Below are positions 39,409 to 47,981 of a stretch of DNA of 64,000 nucleotides, piece by piece. Source of the stretch: Eledone cirrhosa (lineage: Eukaryota); contig OZ024761.1 in the NCBI GenBank assembly GCA_964016885.1, positions 11,780,001-11,844,000 of the forward strand. The letters are read 5' to 3'. The notes below the pieces were generated by a model, which did no database searches, was not told the origin of the DNA, and saw nothing but the letters and a program-made list of their open reading frames with translations. Position 1 is the first letter of the stretch. Each line of letters opens with the position of its first letter. A program made the position numbers and the translations under genes.

Positions 39409-42400
39409 ATAATAATAAATGTGAAGACTAACTTCCAAAGAGGGCTCGATAAGGATAAATATATATCAAATATATAAGAACCGTAGAGCAAATATTTATT
39501 AAAATAACAGATTAAAGTTTAAGCAAAGAATCGCTGCTTTGACCCTTAACGGGATCTTCAGAAGATCCCGTTAAGGGTCAAAGCAGCGATTCTTTGCTTA
39601 AACTTTAATCTGTTATTTTAATAAATATTTGCTCTACGGTTCTTATATATTTATCCTTATTGAGCCCTCTTTGGAAGTTAGTCTTCACATTTATTATTAT
39701 TACTATAAATATAAATATATATAACTTATTTAAAATGTCATATTGATGTTGGAATTTCCCTGGGGTCAACCTGTCTAATGTAAAAACATGTCTAATTACA
39801 GAACGAGAAGAATTCTACAGGTGGATCAGTAACATTGGATATAGTACACAATTATATCATCAACAAAACAGGTGAGTATTGGTTTCTCTGGCTTGGGCTG
39901 GTTTAACCATTAAACCTTTAGCATTTACATTACTCTATATATACTATTGTATTTCTGTGGTAAAGGCTTTACCTTACATAATATCTTACATAACATTTAC
40001 ATTACTTTATATATACTATTGTATTTTCACAGTAATGGCTTTACCTTACATAATATCTTACATAACATTTACATTACTCTATATATACTATTGTATTTTC
40101 ACAGTATAGGCTTTACCTCACATAATATTTCACATAACATTTACATTACTCTATATATACTATTGTATTTTCACAGTAAAGGCTTTACCTCACATAATAT
40201 CTCATAACATTTACATTACTCTATATTTACTATTGTATTTTCACAGTAAAGACTTTACTCACATAATATCTCACATAACATTTACATTACTCTATATATA
40301 CTATTGTATTTTCACAGTAAAGGCTTTACCTCACATAATATCTCATAACATTTACATTACTCTATATATACTATTGTATTTTTATTGTAAAGACTTTACC
40401 TCACATAATATCTCACATAACATTTACATTACTCTATATATACTATTGTATTTTCACAGTAAAGGCTTTACCTCACATAATATCTCATAACATTTACATT
40501 ACTCTATATATACTATTGTATTTTTATTGTAAAGACTTTACCTCACATAATATCTCACATAACATTTACATTACTCTATATATACTATTGTATTTTCACA
40601 GTAAAGGCTTTACCTCACATAATATCTCATAACATTTACATTACTCTATATATACTATTGTATTTTTATTGTAAAGACTTTACCTCACATAATATCTCAC
40701 ATAACATTTACATTACTCTATATATACTATTGTATTTTCACAGTAAAGGCTTTACCTCACATAATATCTCATAACATTTACATTACTCTATATATACTAT
40801 TGTATTTTTATTGTAAACACTTTACCTTACATAATATCGAATTGATGAGATTTTGATTTTATTTATTTTGAGAACAATACCTTAACATCAGTATGAGTAG
40901 ACAGTTGTGGTCAGTTTGAATAGAAAGAGATAAGAGAATTCTGACCAGATACAGCAGGTTTAACCCTTTAGCATTTACATTACTCTATATATACTACATT
41001 TTCGTGGTAAAGGCTTTATCTTACATAATTATCTCACATAACATCGAATATATGAGGTTTTGATATTATTTATTTTGAGATAAGTATGAGTGGCCAGTTA
41101 CAGCTGTTTTGAACAGAAAGGGGTGACTGAATTCTGGCAGGATATGGCTGGTTTAAATGCTAAAGGGTTAAACAAAGTAAGTACATATCTAGAACATCAA
41201 AAGAAAAGGGACACTAGTCTATTAGAATTAAATATATTTGCCATTCCCTACTGAAGTGGTTTAGAGCAAATTTGTATTGGCTAACGAACTCCAGCAGGCT
41301 GAATCATTATGGTGACCACAATTAATATCCCATCAACAATACTGTGTCTGTCCATTGCCAATTTTTTATTTCAATTTTAAACAAAATATTTTATTCATTT
41401 ATTTTTCCTTCCATTTTATCAGCCAAAGATGAAGAAAGAAAGAAATTACAAAGAAGAAACACAGAATTAAACAATGAACGAATACAGTTAGAAACAAATA
41501 CAAAACAACTTTCCCAATCATTATATGTAAGTATTCTCTTAGTTTTAATCAGTATTTATATTAAAAGCTATAAGTCGTACAGTCATGTCGTTGTCATCGT
41601 TTATACATCCACCCTAACCCATCCTCCAACTTCTGTCCACTGTCTCAGTGACACAACAAAAAGCACCCAGTCCACACTGTAAGGTGGTCATGTAGGTGAC
41701 ACAACAAAAAGCACCCAGTCCACACTGTAAGGTGGTCATGTAGGTGACACAACAAAAAGCACCCAGTCCACACTGTAAGGTGGTCATGTAGGTGACACAA
41801 CAAAAAGCACCCAGACCACACTGTAAGGTGGTCATGTAGGTGACACAACAAAAAGCACCCAGTCCACACTGTCAGGTGGTCATGTAGGTGACACAACAAA
41901 AAGCACCCAGTCCACACTGTAAGGTGGTCATGTAGGTGACACAACAAAAAGCACCCAGTCCACACTGTAAGGTGGTCATGTAGGTGACACAACAAAAAGC
42001 ACCCAGTCTACATTGTAAGGTGGTCATGTAGGTGACACAACAAAAAGCACCCAGACCACACTGTAAGGTGGTCATGTAGGTGACACAACAAAAAGCACCC
42101 AGTCCACACTGTAAGGTGGTCATGTAGGTGACACAACAAAAAGCACCCAGTCTACATTGTAAGGTGGTCATGTAGGTGACACAACAAAAAGCACCCAGTC
42201 TACACTGTAAGGTGGTCATGTAGGTGACACAACAAAAAGCACCCAGTCTACACTGTAAAATGGTCATGTAGGTGACACAACAAAAAGCACCCAGTCTACA
42301 CTGTAAAATGGTCATCTCTGTCATGTTAGGGTTTTGAAATCCACTCTGAGCATTTCTGCTCAGATCTTCCGTGGCCTTCCTCTACTGCAGCTTCCTTCCC

Positions 42401-44363
42401 CTGAGATCTCCTGGTCATCAGCATGTAGAAGTTCCTACAGACATCCGGTCTAAAAGACCTCTGTTATGGCTTGTAGAACGATAATAAACAGGGAGAGGAT
42501 GACTGGGTCTTGATAAATACGCACCTACACATTGAATTCTTCAGTAAGCACTTTACTTACTCTCACTCTGCTCACTGCTCCAGTATACATAGCTTACACT
42601 TCTCTCACAAGCCACTCTTCTCCCAATTTCCTTAAGGACCACCAGATAATAGCTTGTGATGTACATAGCTTACACTTCTCTCACAAGCCACTCTTCTCCC
42701 AATTTCCTTAAGGACCACCAGATAATAGGTTGTGATGTACATAGCTTACACTTCTCTCACAAGCCACTCTTCTCCCAATTTCCTTAAGGACCACCAGATA
42801 ATAGCTTGTGATGTACATAGCTTACACTTCTCTCACAAGCCACTCTTCTCCCAATTTCCTTAAGGACCACCAGATAATAGGTTGTGATGTACATAGTTTG
42901 CATTTCTCTCACAAGCCATTCATCTCCTCCCAATTTCCTTAACCCTTTAGCATTTACATTACTCTACATATTGTATTTTCATGGTAAAAGCTTTATCTCA
43001 CATAATATTGAATTTACAAGATTTTGATATTATTTATTTTGAGAACAATACCTTTACATCAATATGGCCAGTTAGAGCCAGTTTGAACAGAAAGAGGTGA
43101 GAGAATCCTGGCTGGTTTAAATGCTAAAGGGTTAAGGACGACCAGATAATAGGTTGTGGTATACAAAGCTTGCACTTCTCTCACAAGCCAAGGACGTCTG
43201 CGGGTTGCATTTGGTTGATAGGTTGTAGTGTACTGGCCACTTTTCTAGATCACCATCATCATTTAATGTGCCTTCTTCCCTGCTGCTCACGAGTTGTACA
43301 AGTCATTACAGACCAAGCCAGAACTTAATCAGAGCTACTGACATTCCATCCCTATTCGGTACCTATTACTTACATACAATTCAAATTATCTCCCCTGATC
43401 CTACACTAAAGCATGTTTAGGTATCTCGCTCTTCAATAAACACAATCGATAAGATAAAATACCAGTCAAGTACTGGGTCGATTTAATCAACTTTGCCCTC
43501 TGCACAAAATTGTTGGCTTTGTGCCTAATTAGAAATCATAATTTTGTTGCCTTTATATATATGTATATATGTATATGTATGTATGTATGTATGTATATAT
43601 ATATATATATATATATGAAGTTGTAGTTCCTGTCTGTTTGTCTGTTTGTTCACAAACTCCTCCTATGGTTTTGGAGATAGACCCCCCCCATAACCATATA
43701 TATTCTGAAACTACATTGCCCAGGGTACTTGGATAAGTATATTTCATTTTAATCAAAGGGTCACAAACCCCGGGGACACAAACCCCCACTGAAAAGTTTT
43801 TCCCTTCGATTTATATGAAATTTAAACCATAGGCAAATGACAAGATATGATGCCTATTCACAACATTTCAGCAAATTTCAATAATATTAAGACACCCTAA
43901 TGGAGTTTTTCTCCATAAATTATATCACTGATTTAAAACCAATCATCATTTTCTTACAAAAAAAAAATGTGTGAAACGCAACAAAGTGCAGGTAATTCGG
44001 CTATTATATATCAAAACTTCCATGCTTCCTGAAATTCGCCAACACTACACCTGATATTTTCCCTCCATACACACGCACACATGTATCTGTGTGTATATTA
44101 TGACTCATACACTGTTCACTTTCCTGACAATTGTACATTATTCTATGAACTATACATGCACCTTTGATGAGTTGTAGTGTGCCTGAGCACTGTATACAAT
44201 AATTTTCATTGTTATTTATATTTCATGACATCTAATTATCTCCCTTCTTTCTCTTCTTCTCCAGCAATGTATTCAACAGAAACAAGAATTAATGAAGACA
44301 AACAAAAAAGTACAGCAGTCTGCAGACAATATAAATAACTTCCTTCAAATATTCCAGTCTTGA
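21491..44363 (+). CDS. PHF21A: PHF21A/BHC80-like PHD finger protein, multi-exon, 5'-partial. Join: 21491-21583, 24137-24901, 27049-27195, 30479-30530, 31787-31863, 32980-33040, 33657-33766, 35218-35364, 39802-39871, 41423-41526, 44265-44363
   Basis: All exons have AG/GT boundaries and the phases join into one frame ending in TGA. Translated motifs are collinear with vertebrate PHF21A as I recall it: KVIVQILRKELV, KLQYMASLDLVTPETLKELQSKRSERKRRSTANP, AT-hook KRPRGRPPK, PHD DIHDGLCFVC..CDGC..YHPTCLEPP..PNGPWRCYKCQ, TLDIVHNYI..KTAKDEERKKL and a C-terminal coiled coil. Confidence 0.9.
21733..22710. repeat. Minisatellite, 48-bp unit, ~20 copies, derived from a SINE-internal motif
   Basis: Unit tgataaaaagcacccagtccacactgagaactggtcatataggtgtca. 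Runs directly into the remainder of the SINE (gttaggaagggcatcc...). Confidence 0.95.
23148..24070 (+). mobile_element. piggyBac-type MITE A with an internal 60-bp unit expanded ~13x (23157-23933)
   Basis: The unit is the left part of the MITE. The right part and TIR ctaaagggttaa follow the array. Confidence 0.92.
24137..24901 (+). CDS. PHF21A: PHF21A-like Q/P/S/H-rich low-complexity exon, 255 codons (phase 0-0)
   Basis: Polypyrimidine tract plus ttttcag|cag acceptor, donor CAG|gtaacc. Same frame as ORF 24209..24988, with mixed CAG/CAA polyQ codons. Confidence 0.85.
25070..25321 (+). mobile_element. RTE-clade LINE 3' fragment
   Basis: Reads RRLRWYGHVTAHG... with frameshifts. Inverted homolog of 27992-28260. 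Confidence 0.85.
25886..26103 (+). mobile_element. piggyBac-type MITE A
   Basis: ttaa|ccctttagcattta ... taaatgctaaaagg|ttaa. Confidence 0.9.
26345..26950. repeat. Minisatellite, 48-bp unit, ~12.5 copies
   Basis: Unit acaataaaatacacccagtacaccctgtaaagtggtagtgctggtgcc with two interleaved variants. Confidence 0.95.
27049..27195 (+). CDS. PHF21A: PHF21A-like exon NKNQMAPPNVLPPKRTCTEG...KTSQNMSR (phase 0-0)
   Basis: Acceptor tttttcag, donor CGA|gtaagt, 147 nt open. Unique sequence between repeats. Confidence 0.8.
27590..27765. repeat. Tandem repeat, ~65-bp unit, ~2.7 copies
   Basis: tagtattagacactaactccctgttgttttaacactacc x3. Confidence 0.85.
27992..28735 (-). mobile_element. RTE-clade LINE 3' fragment (decayed RT C-terminal region)
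   Basis: ORF 27955..28494: KGRLYDACVRSAMLHGSGTW...RERRLRWYGHVM...GRRGRGRPRKTW. Upstream of it HKRCSGIAGKL remnants. (GAT)n tail. Confidence 0.92.
29037..29232 (+). mobile_element. Nin/Deu-domain tRNA SINE
   Basis: Closely similar to 2297-2490. Imperfect TSD attattgaaactctgtctc / attattaaagctctctctc. Confidence 0.85.
29640..29870 (-). mobile_element. Old RTE-like LINE fragment
   Basis: KLDGAFTKVLRVVQNIN...KNKSLY, then in another frame LRFTGHCWRSKQEV. Confidence 0.75.
30479..30530 (+). CDS. PHF21A: PHF21A-like exon KLQYMASLDLVTPETLK (phase 0-1)
   Basis: Acceptor atttccag, donor AAG|gttggt. Matches the conserved KLAFMVSLGLVT motif. Confidence 0.88.
31078..31194 (+). CDS. Candidate alternative cassette exon (phase 1-1, 39 codons): GKMEEKYNNEICRKRAMERLMIDGTLRDPWHKGMMGGGR
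   Basis: Acceptor cttttttctag, donor GAG|gttagt, 117 nt. Open in exactly the frame needed between the flanking exons. Purine-rich island in an AT-rich intron. Confidence 0.55.
31787..31863 (+). CDS. PHF21A: PHF21A-like exon ELQSKRSERKRRSTANPQFSYSLESD (phase 1-0)
   Basis: Acceptor tttcacag, donor GAT|gtaagt. Matches EIQSKRQERKRRTTANP of PHF21A. Confidence 0.92.
32100..32629 (-). mobile_element. TTAA-flanked MITE family B, two partial copies with an internal ~65-bp duplication
   Basis: Homologous to 47388-47629 and 20230-20455. Ends aatgaaaggg|ttaa and shares that TTAA with the adjacent MITE A. Confidence 0.7.
32634..32855 (+). mobile_element. piggyBac-type MITE A
   Basis: ttaa|ccctgtagcattta ... 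taaatgttaaaggg|ttaa. Confidence 0.9.
32980..33040 (+). CDS. PHF21A: PHF21A-like exon RKRMNYLVGSNITTGTKRPR (phase 0-1), first half of the AT-hook
   Basis: Acceptor ctctccacgtag, donor GAG|gtatgg. Confidence 0.85.
33237..33595 (+). mobile_element. Internally deleted MITE A followed by a Nin-domain SINE
   Basis: ccctttaccatt...taaatggtaaagagttaa, then actttgcttttcatc...aaagtaccagt. Confidence 0.75.
33657..33766 (+). CDS. PHF21A: PHF21A-like exon GRPPKHGTSPTNSRPGTPDSSDSNASIKNGIVNGSTD (phase 1-0), AT-hook core
   Basis: Acceptor atttacag, donor GAC|gtaagt. Completes KRPRGRPPK. Confidence 0.88.
33901..34767 (+). mobile_element. MITE A interrupted by a Helitron-like insertion
   Basis: Left TIR at 33901, right TIR ends at 34767. 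The halves rejoin as ttaca^taattatctc. Confidence 0.88.
33966..34611 (-). mobile_element. Non-autonomous Helitron-like element (646 bp)
   Basis: Minus strand starts TCtatatatatataaaactgaggatgtctgtct and ends gcaacgccgggtaccactgCTAG. Inserted between A and T with no TSD. Three internal tttcacctaatgcgggccctag repeats. Confidence 0.85.
34865..35090 (+). mobile_element. tRNA-derived SINE (tgtccttgagcaagacactttatttcac core) with an extended 3' part; inverted homolog at ~55485-55785; shorter copies at ~520-635, 15885-16020 and 29895-30070
   Basis: Head gaaggcgtgtggctgagt.gttagag, B-box-like ttcgattccc, shared agtattagcaatt..aatggaaacattgtttcctcg. Confidence 0.75.
35218..35364 (+). CDS. PHF21A: PHD finger exon DIHDGLCFVCQKAGRLLICDGCGMAYHPTCLEPPVATFPNGPWRCYKCQ (phase 0-0)
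   Basis: Complete C4HC3 ligand set plus the conserved Trp. Acceptor accacag, donor CAG|gtatat. Confidence 0.95.
35485..39108. repeat. Minisatellite, 79-bp unit, ~46 copies, inside an RTE LINE 3' fragment (-)
   Basis: Unit gctgtacagacccacacaggagtggcagtcctgtctacagagactacattggtagatactctcctctggtactactggg. The minus strand encodes PEESIYQCSLCRQDCHSCVGLYSHS. Confidence 0.97.
39230..39307 (-). ncRNA. Minimal type-I hammerhead ribozyme motif (Penelope-like element type)
   Basis: Minus strand: GCTGT-CTGAAGA-GAGCATGGCG...TGTCATCCTC-GAAA-TATGTA-TC-ATAGC. Stem I is GCUGU/AUAGC, both core boxes are intact, stem II is closed by GAG/CUC, stem III is vestigial and quasi-palindromic, and the cleavage triplet is AUC. 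Confidence 0.6.
39406..39705. mobile_element. Long near-perfect palindrome (~150-bp arms centred near 39560), Penelope-like inverted terminus or foldback
   Basis: ...cccttaacgggatcttc a gaagatcccgttaaggg.... Further copies at 6998-7163 and 63056-63293, all next to (TA)n. Confidence 0.85.
39802..39871 (+). CDS. PHF21A: PHF21A-like exon NEKNSTGGSVTLDIVHNYIINKT (phase 0-1)
   Basis: Acceptor ctaattacag, donor CAG|gtgagt. Matches TLAIVHSYIAYKA. Confidence 0.85.
39915..41167 (+). mobile_element. MITE A with an internal 71-73-bp unit expanded ~13x (39921-40836), followed by a second MITE A (40964-41167)
   Basis: Unit catttacattactctatatatactattgtattttcacagtaaaggctttacctcacataatatctcataa. MITE right part follows. 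Confidence 0.92.
41423..41526 (+). CDS. PHF21A: PHF21A-like coiled-coil exon AKDEERKKLQRRNTELNNERIQLETNTKQLSQSLY (phase 1-0)
   Basis: Acceptor ttttatcag, donor TAT|gtaagt. Matches AKEEEKQKL...EREQLEQKVKQLS. Confidence 0.9.
41648..42315. repeat. Minisatellite, 48-bp unit, ~14 copies
   Basis: Unit gacacaacaaaaagcacccagtccacactgtaaggtggtcatgtaggt. Confidence 0.95.
42410..43190 (-). mobile_element. Decayed RTE reverse-transcriptase fragment carrying a 76-bp tandem expansion (~5.5 copies, 42585-43190)
   Basis: Minus strand: IIWWSLRKLGEEWLVREV*AMY (unit), then TGAVSRVRVSKVLTEEFNV*VRIYQDPVILSLFIIVLQAITEVF*TGCL*ELLHADD. Confidence 0.85.
42943..43131 (+). mobile_element. piggyBac-type MITE A inserted in the TTAA of a satellite unit
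   Basis: Empty units read aatttccttaaggacc. The filled unit reads aatttccTTAA-MITE-TTAAggacg. Confidence 0.95.
43590..44005 (+). mobile_element. Degenerate non-autonomous Helitron-like element
   Basis: Starts (TA)n-gaagttgtagttcctgtctgtttgtctgtttgttc and ends gcaacaaagtgcaggtaattcggctat. Same architecture as 33966-34611. Confidence 0.55.
44012..44218 (+). mobile_element. CR1 LINE 3' end
   Basis: Inverted homolog of 20492-20690. Confidence 0.82.
44265..44363 (+). CDS. PHF21A: Terminal coding exon QCIQQKQELMKTNKKVQQSADNINNFLQIFQS*
   Basis: Long polypyrimidine tract plus ccag acceptor. In-frame TGA at 44361-44363. The heptad pattern continues the coiled coil. Confidence 0.85.
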   Translation, partial: QCIQQKQELMKTNKKVQQSADNINNFLQIFQS

Positions 44364-44762
44364 CTGCTACTATCCTTGTAAATAATGAACTTCCAAAAGA
44401 CATTGTACATACTTTCAACTCACAAAAAGGAGTCCTCTCCCTCCCTCTCTCACACACACACATACACACACACACACACACACAACTCTCTGAGGGAGAG
44501 GTACTTAACTCAACAGCCTACAATCTTAGCAGCTCTCAACAGTCCACATTCTTTTTATCCTCAACTTTTTGTTGTACTTACAACAATTTCCACTGTTGTT
44601 GTGTTTTTTTTTTAAACGACCGGGGTCTCATTAAGTCATCTGACGACAGCGATGGCAAGGACTATTCCGATGATGTCGTTGTATGATAAGAACCCCATCC
44701 ACTGCCCCCTTAATTGCTTGCTGCTGTTGTTCAGGGGAAGAGTAAGGTTGAAAGTAATTCTG

Positions 44763-44794
<32 letters not shown>

Positions 44795-45573
44795 TTGTTG
44801 TTGTTTTTAGTTGTTTTTCTTTTCTGTTTTCTAAAGAAAATGAAATAGAGAGTGGGGATAATAATAACAGTAATTATAGTAATAATATTAATTATAATAA
44901 TAATAGTAATGACAGTAATTATAATTGTAATAACCTATTATTTCAGGCAGGTCTTTAGTGTCTTCAGAAGAATCCAGTATTTTGGTTTTGTTTTGTTGGG
45001 GTATTTTTTTCTAAATATATATTTTTAAAATGAAAGACATTCATCACAACATAAAATAAATACTTCAGATTAAGCTGGGTTTTTTTTTTCTTTTTCTAAG
45101 AGAAAAATGGTGAAAAGGAAATAGAAGGTTTAAAAACAAGAAAGAGCTAATTATAACTTTTCTTTTAAATTTTCTCTCAACGTCATCTTGAAAGAAAATA
45201 TAACCTACAAGATTTGGTTGATAGCTGTAATTTTCTAACATAGATACTTTGTTTTAAGGGATTTGGAGATTTGGGTAGCTGTCAAAAGTTACTGTCCACC
45301 ACCACCATCAACACCTCCCAACATCAATCAATCTACCTTCCCTGGAAATCTTTGACGGATTTTAAACATTATTTCATTAATTATTCCATTATTCTACATC
45401 TTTCTTTGACTGCTTTTCATTGTCTCTTTTAACACAGACACGTATTCTACACATTAAGCCAAATCAACAAAAAGTTACCTTGTTTATAACTTTTCCTCTC
45501 TCACGCATTTATTTTTAGTAATATAATCTGAAATACTTTCCTAAGTTTCCAAAACGACTCTTTTATTCTTTAA

Positions 45574-45767
45574 CTCTTTAGCATTTATATTACTCTATTT
45601 ATACTATTGTATTTTCACAGTAAATAATATCGAATCCATGAGATTTTGATGTTATTTATTTTGAGAACAATACCTTAACATCAGTATTAACGGCCAGTTA
45701 TGGCTGGTTTGAACAGAAAAAGATGAGAGAATTCTGGCCGGATACGGCCGGTTTAAATGCTAAAGGA
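45574..45767 (+). mobile_element. piggyBac-type MITE A
   Basis: ttaa|ctctttagcattta ... taaatgctaaagga|ttaa. Confidence 0.88.
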
Positions 45768-46104
45768 TTAACTGGTTTCAATCACTAGACTTCATCAACT
45801 CGAGGGCTTTTATTTTATTTCAAGTATTTTATCAATCTCTTTTTGTCGAACTGCTAAGTTATGAGATAGGCACAGATACAACACACGTGTGTATATTATA
45901 TATATGTAAAATGAATAAAAAGTATGGGTAAAGACAGGAAAATGAATACAGAGAGTAGCCCCATCTCATCAGTCGATCGTTAGAGATACATTGTTTCAGT
46001 GTTTTATCAACTGATGCAATGAGACTGTCTGTATTCTTTCATTTTCCTCTTTTTGCCCATATTTTTTTAGCCGCGCAGGACTTTTTTTTGTTTCAAATAT
46101 ATAT

Positions 46105-46250
46105 ATATTCATTTTATTAAAGTTAAATAGTGAGTCTTGTTAGTGAGACTTTCACCTGTTTATCACAGGGCCATCAGATAAGAACTGTGATAAACAGGTG
46201 AAACTCCAGAGTAACAAGACTCACTATTTAGCGTTAATAAAAATGAATAT
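46105..46250. repeat. Inverted repeat with degenerate hammerhead-like cores; a second hairpin lies at ~45915-46068
   Basis: atattcattttattaaagttaaatagtgagtcttgtta..tttcacctgtttatcacag / ctgtgataaacaggtgaaa..taacaagactcactatttagcgttaataaaaatgaatat. Confidence 0.8.
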
Positions 46251-46896
46251 TAAAACTTTACTTTGGTATTAAGTACTCTTTTCTCTCAGCCATCAACAAC
46301 ATACAAATATATTTATATAAATACGATGTACTTCCACATAGTTTCTGCTTGCTAGATTTCACTCACAAGGCATTGGTCAACCAACTGCTGCAAAAAATCC
46401 ACTCCAGGGTCATTTTGTGACGAGCCTAGACTCAGTTTTTTTTCTTTTTCTTTTTTTTTATACATTGGAATGAAACACCTTCAGTTGTGTAAACTCAAAA
46501 CAGTCTGTTGCCATAATATAAGTTCCTTATTTGTAAATGAAATTTTTGCTACAAGCATGCTATTTTAAAGAGGACAAACAGAGACGAAAAGTAAACAGAA
46601 TGGTGTGGATGAATGAACAGGTGTCTCATGTCTGTGATATGTAATTCTTTGTGGATAAAACTACAACTTTCCTCTTTCTTCTCTCTCTTACCCTCTTCAT
46701 CTCCTTTCATTGTTTCTAGTTCCTTTCTGCCATCAGCCTCCTCTATCTCAAACTCTCTTTACACTACAATACTTTTTTTTCTGTCATATATGTATGTGTA
46801 TATATATATATATATATACACATACATATATATATAATATATATCATCATCGTTTAATGTCCAGTTTCCATGGATGTTAAATTATGATGATACATA

Positions 46897-46930
<34 letters not shown>

Positions 46931-47387
46931 CATTCACATATATGTGTGTGTATATAAAACAAAGAGTTTCTGTGGCTCTCTCCTCGAAATATGCAGCACT
47001 TTCCCATATCATCATCATCATCATCATATATATATATATATATATTGTAGGTTATATTTTCTTACCTTAGAATTATTCTCTTTAACACTACACTAGTGAT
47101 TTATTCTTTTTCTTCTCCCCGGATCCTATCACCAATATTGGTTTTATTCTATAAACTTTCCCTTTTTGCTTAGTTTTTGTTCCACTTCACTTTATATGTG
47201 TCACTGTTTATCAAAACCTTAATTCGGAGGCATTACTAGGATAAATTATGCCCTTTTAATATTTTCTTCTTCCTTCTTTTTAACCCACTTCAAAATTTGT
47301 GGCCCTATATAGAAAAATATGTAACCTTTTCAAATTCATCTTCCTGTAAAAAACATTTTTTCCTTCTTTTATTAACTAGACTCTTAA

Positions 47388-47629
47388 CCCTTTCATTACC
47401 GTATTTCTAATGAAGGACACTGCCTACGATTTTCAAATGATTTTGAAAATAATCAAGAATTTGGAGGGATTTAGTAATGTAACTAATTTTCTCATTATTA
47501 ACTTTGGAATATAACTTCAACAAAGGTTCTTACATAAAATTATGATGGAATGTTTTTACATAAATATAAACATTTTAAAATAAACAGCTTTGTGTCATAG
47601 AACCAGGGGCAGTTTTATAGCGAAAAGGG
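47388..47629 (+). mobile_element. TTAA-flanked MITE family B
   Basis: ttaa|ccctttcattac ... gcgaaaaggg|tt. Homologs at ~20230-20455, 32100-32629 and 56880-56995. Confidence 0.75.
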
Positions 47630-47633
47630 TTCA

Positions 47634-47669
<36 letters not shown>

Positions 47670-47821
47670 ATTTTTAGAGTATCTTGTCTAAAATGCAGAT
47701 TTTTTCATCTCTTCTTTCAAATTGAATTTAAAAGACTTTGTAAATAACAAATGAAGCGTTAGATAATTGTCAAGTGGTATATAGAGTTTAGCAAGTTAGT
47801 GTACCTTTTTGGACTGTAAAT

Positions 47822-47981
47822 CAATGTTCCTTCTATGCTGTGTGGGTGCACGCCCATGCAATCCCTGTTATTGGTGCTGTGCATTCGCTGTTGCTGCGCA
47901 GTAGCTTTGAAATTTAGACTATTTTTGCTCAAAGCATCAACCGTTCTGCTCAGTGGTTGGGGAAATTTAAAGGGAACATTG
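47822..47981. mobile_element. hAT-like MITE (160 bp)
   Basis: TIR caatgttccttcta / taaagggaacattg. Flanking near-direct repeat actgtaaat / actgtaat. Confidence 0.75.

Noticed and set aside
39821-39871. Alternative acceptor aattctacag at 39820
   Set aside because: Out of frame (GTG GAT CAG TAA). The acceptor at 39801 gives the conserved peptide.
41614-42324. Cys/His-rich repetitive ORFs (LLCHLHDHLTVWTGCF)
   Set aside because: Translation of a 48-bp minisatellite, with no splice or start context.
44361-44381. Stop-codon readthrough context TGA-CTG
   Set aside because: Not the strong UGA-CUAG motif, and an in-frame TAA follows after five codons.
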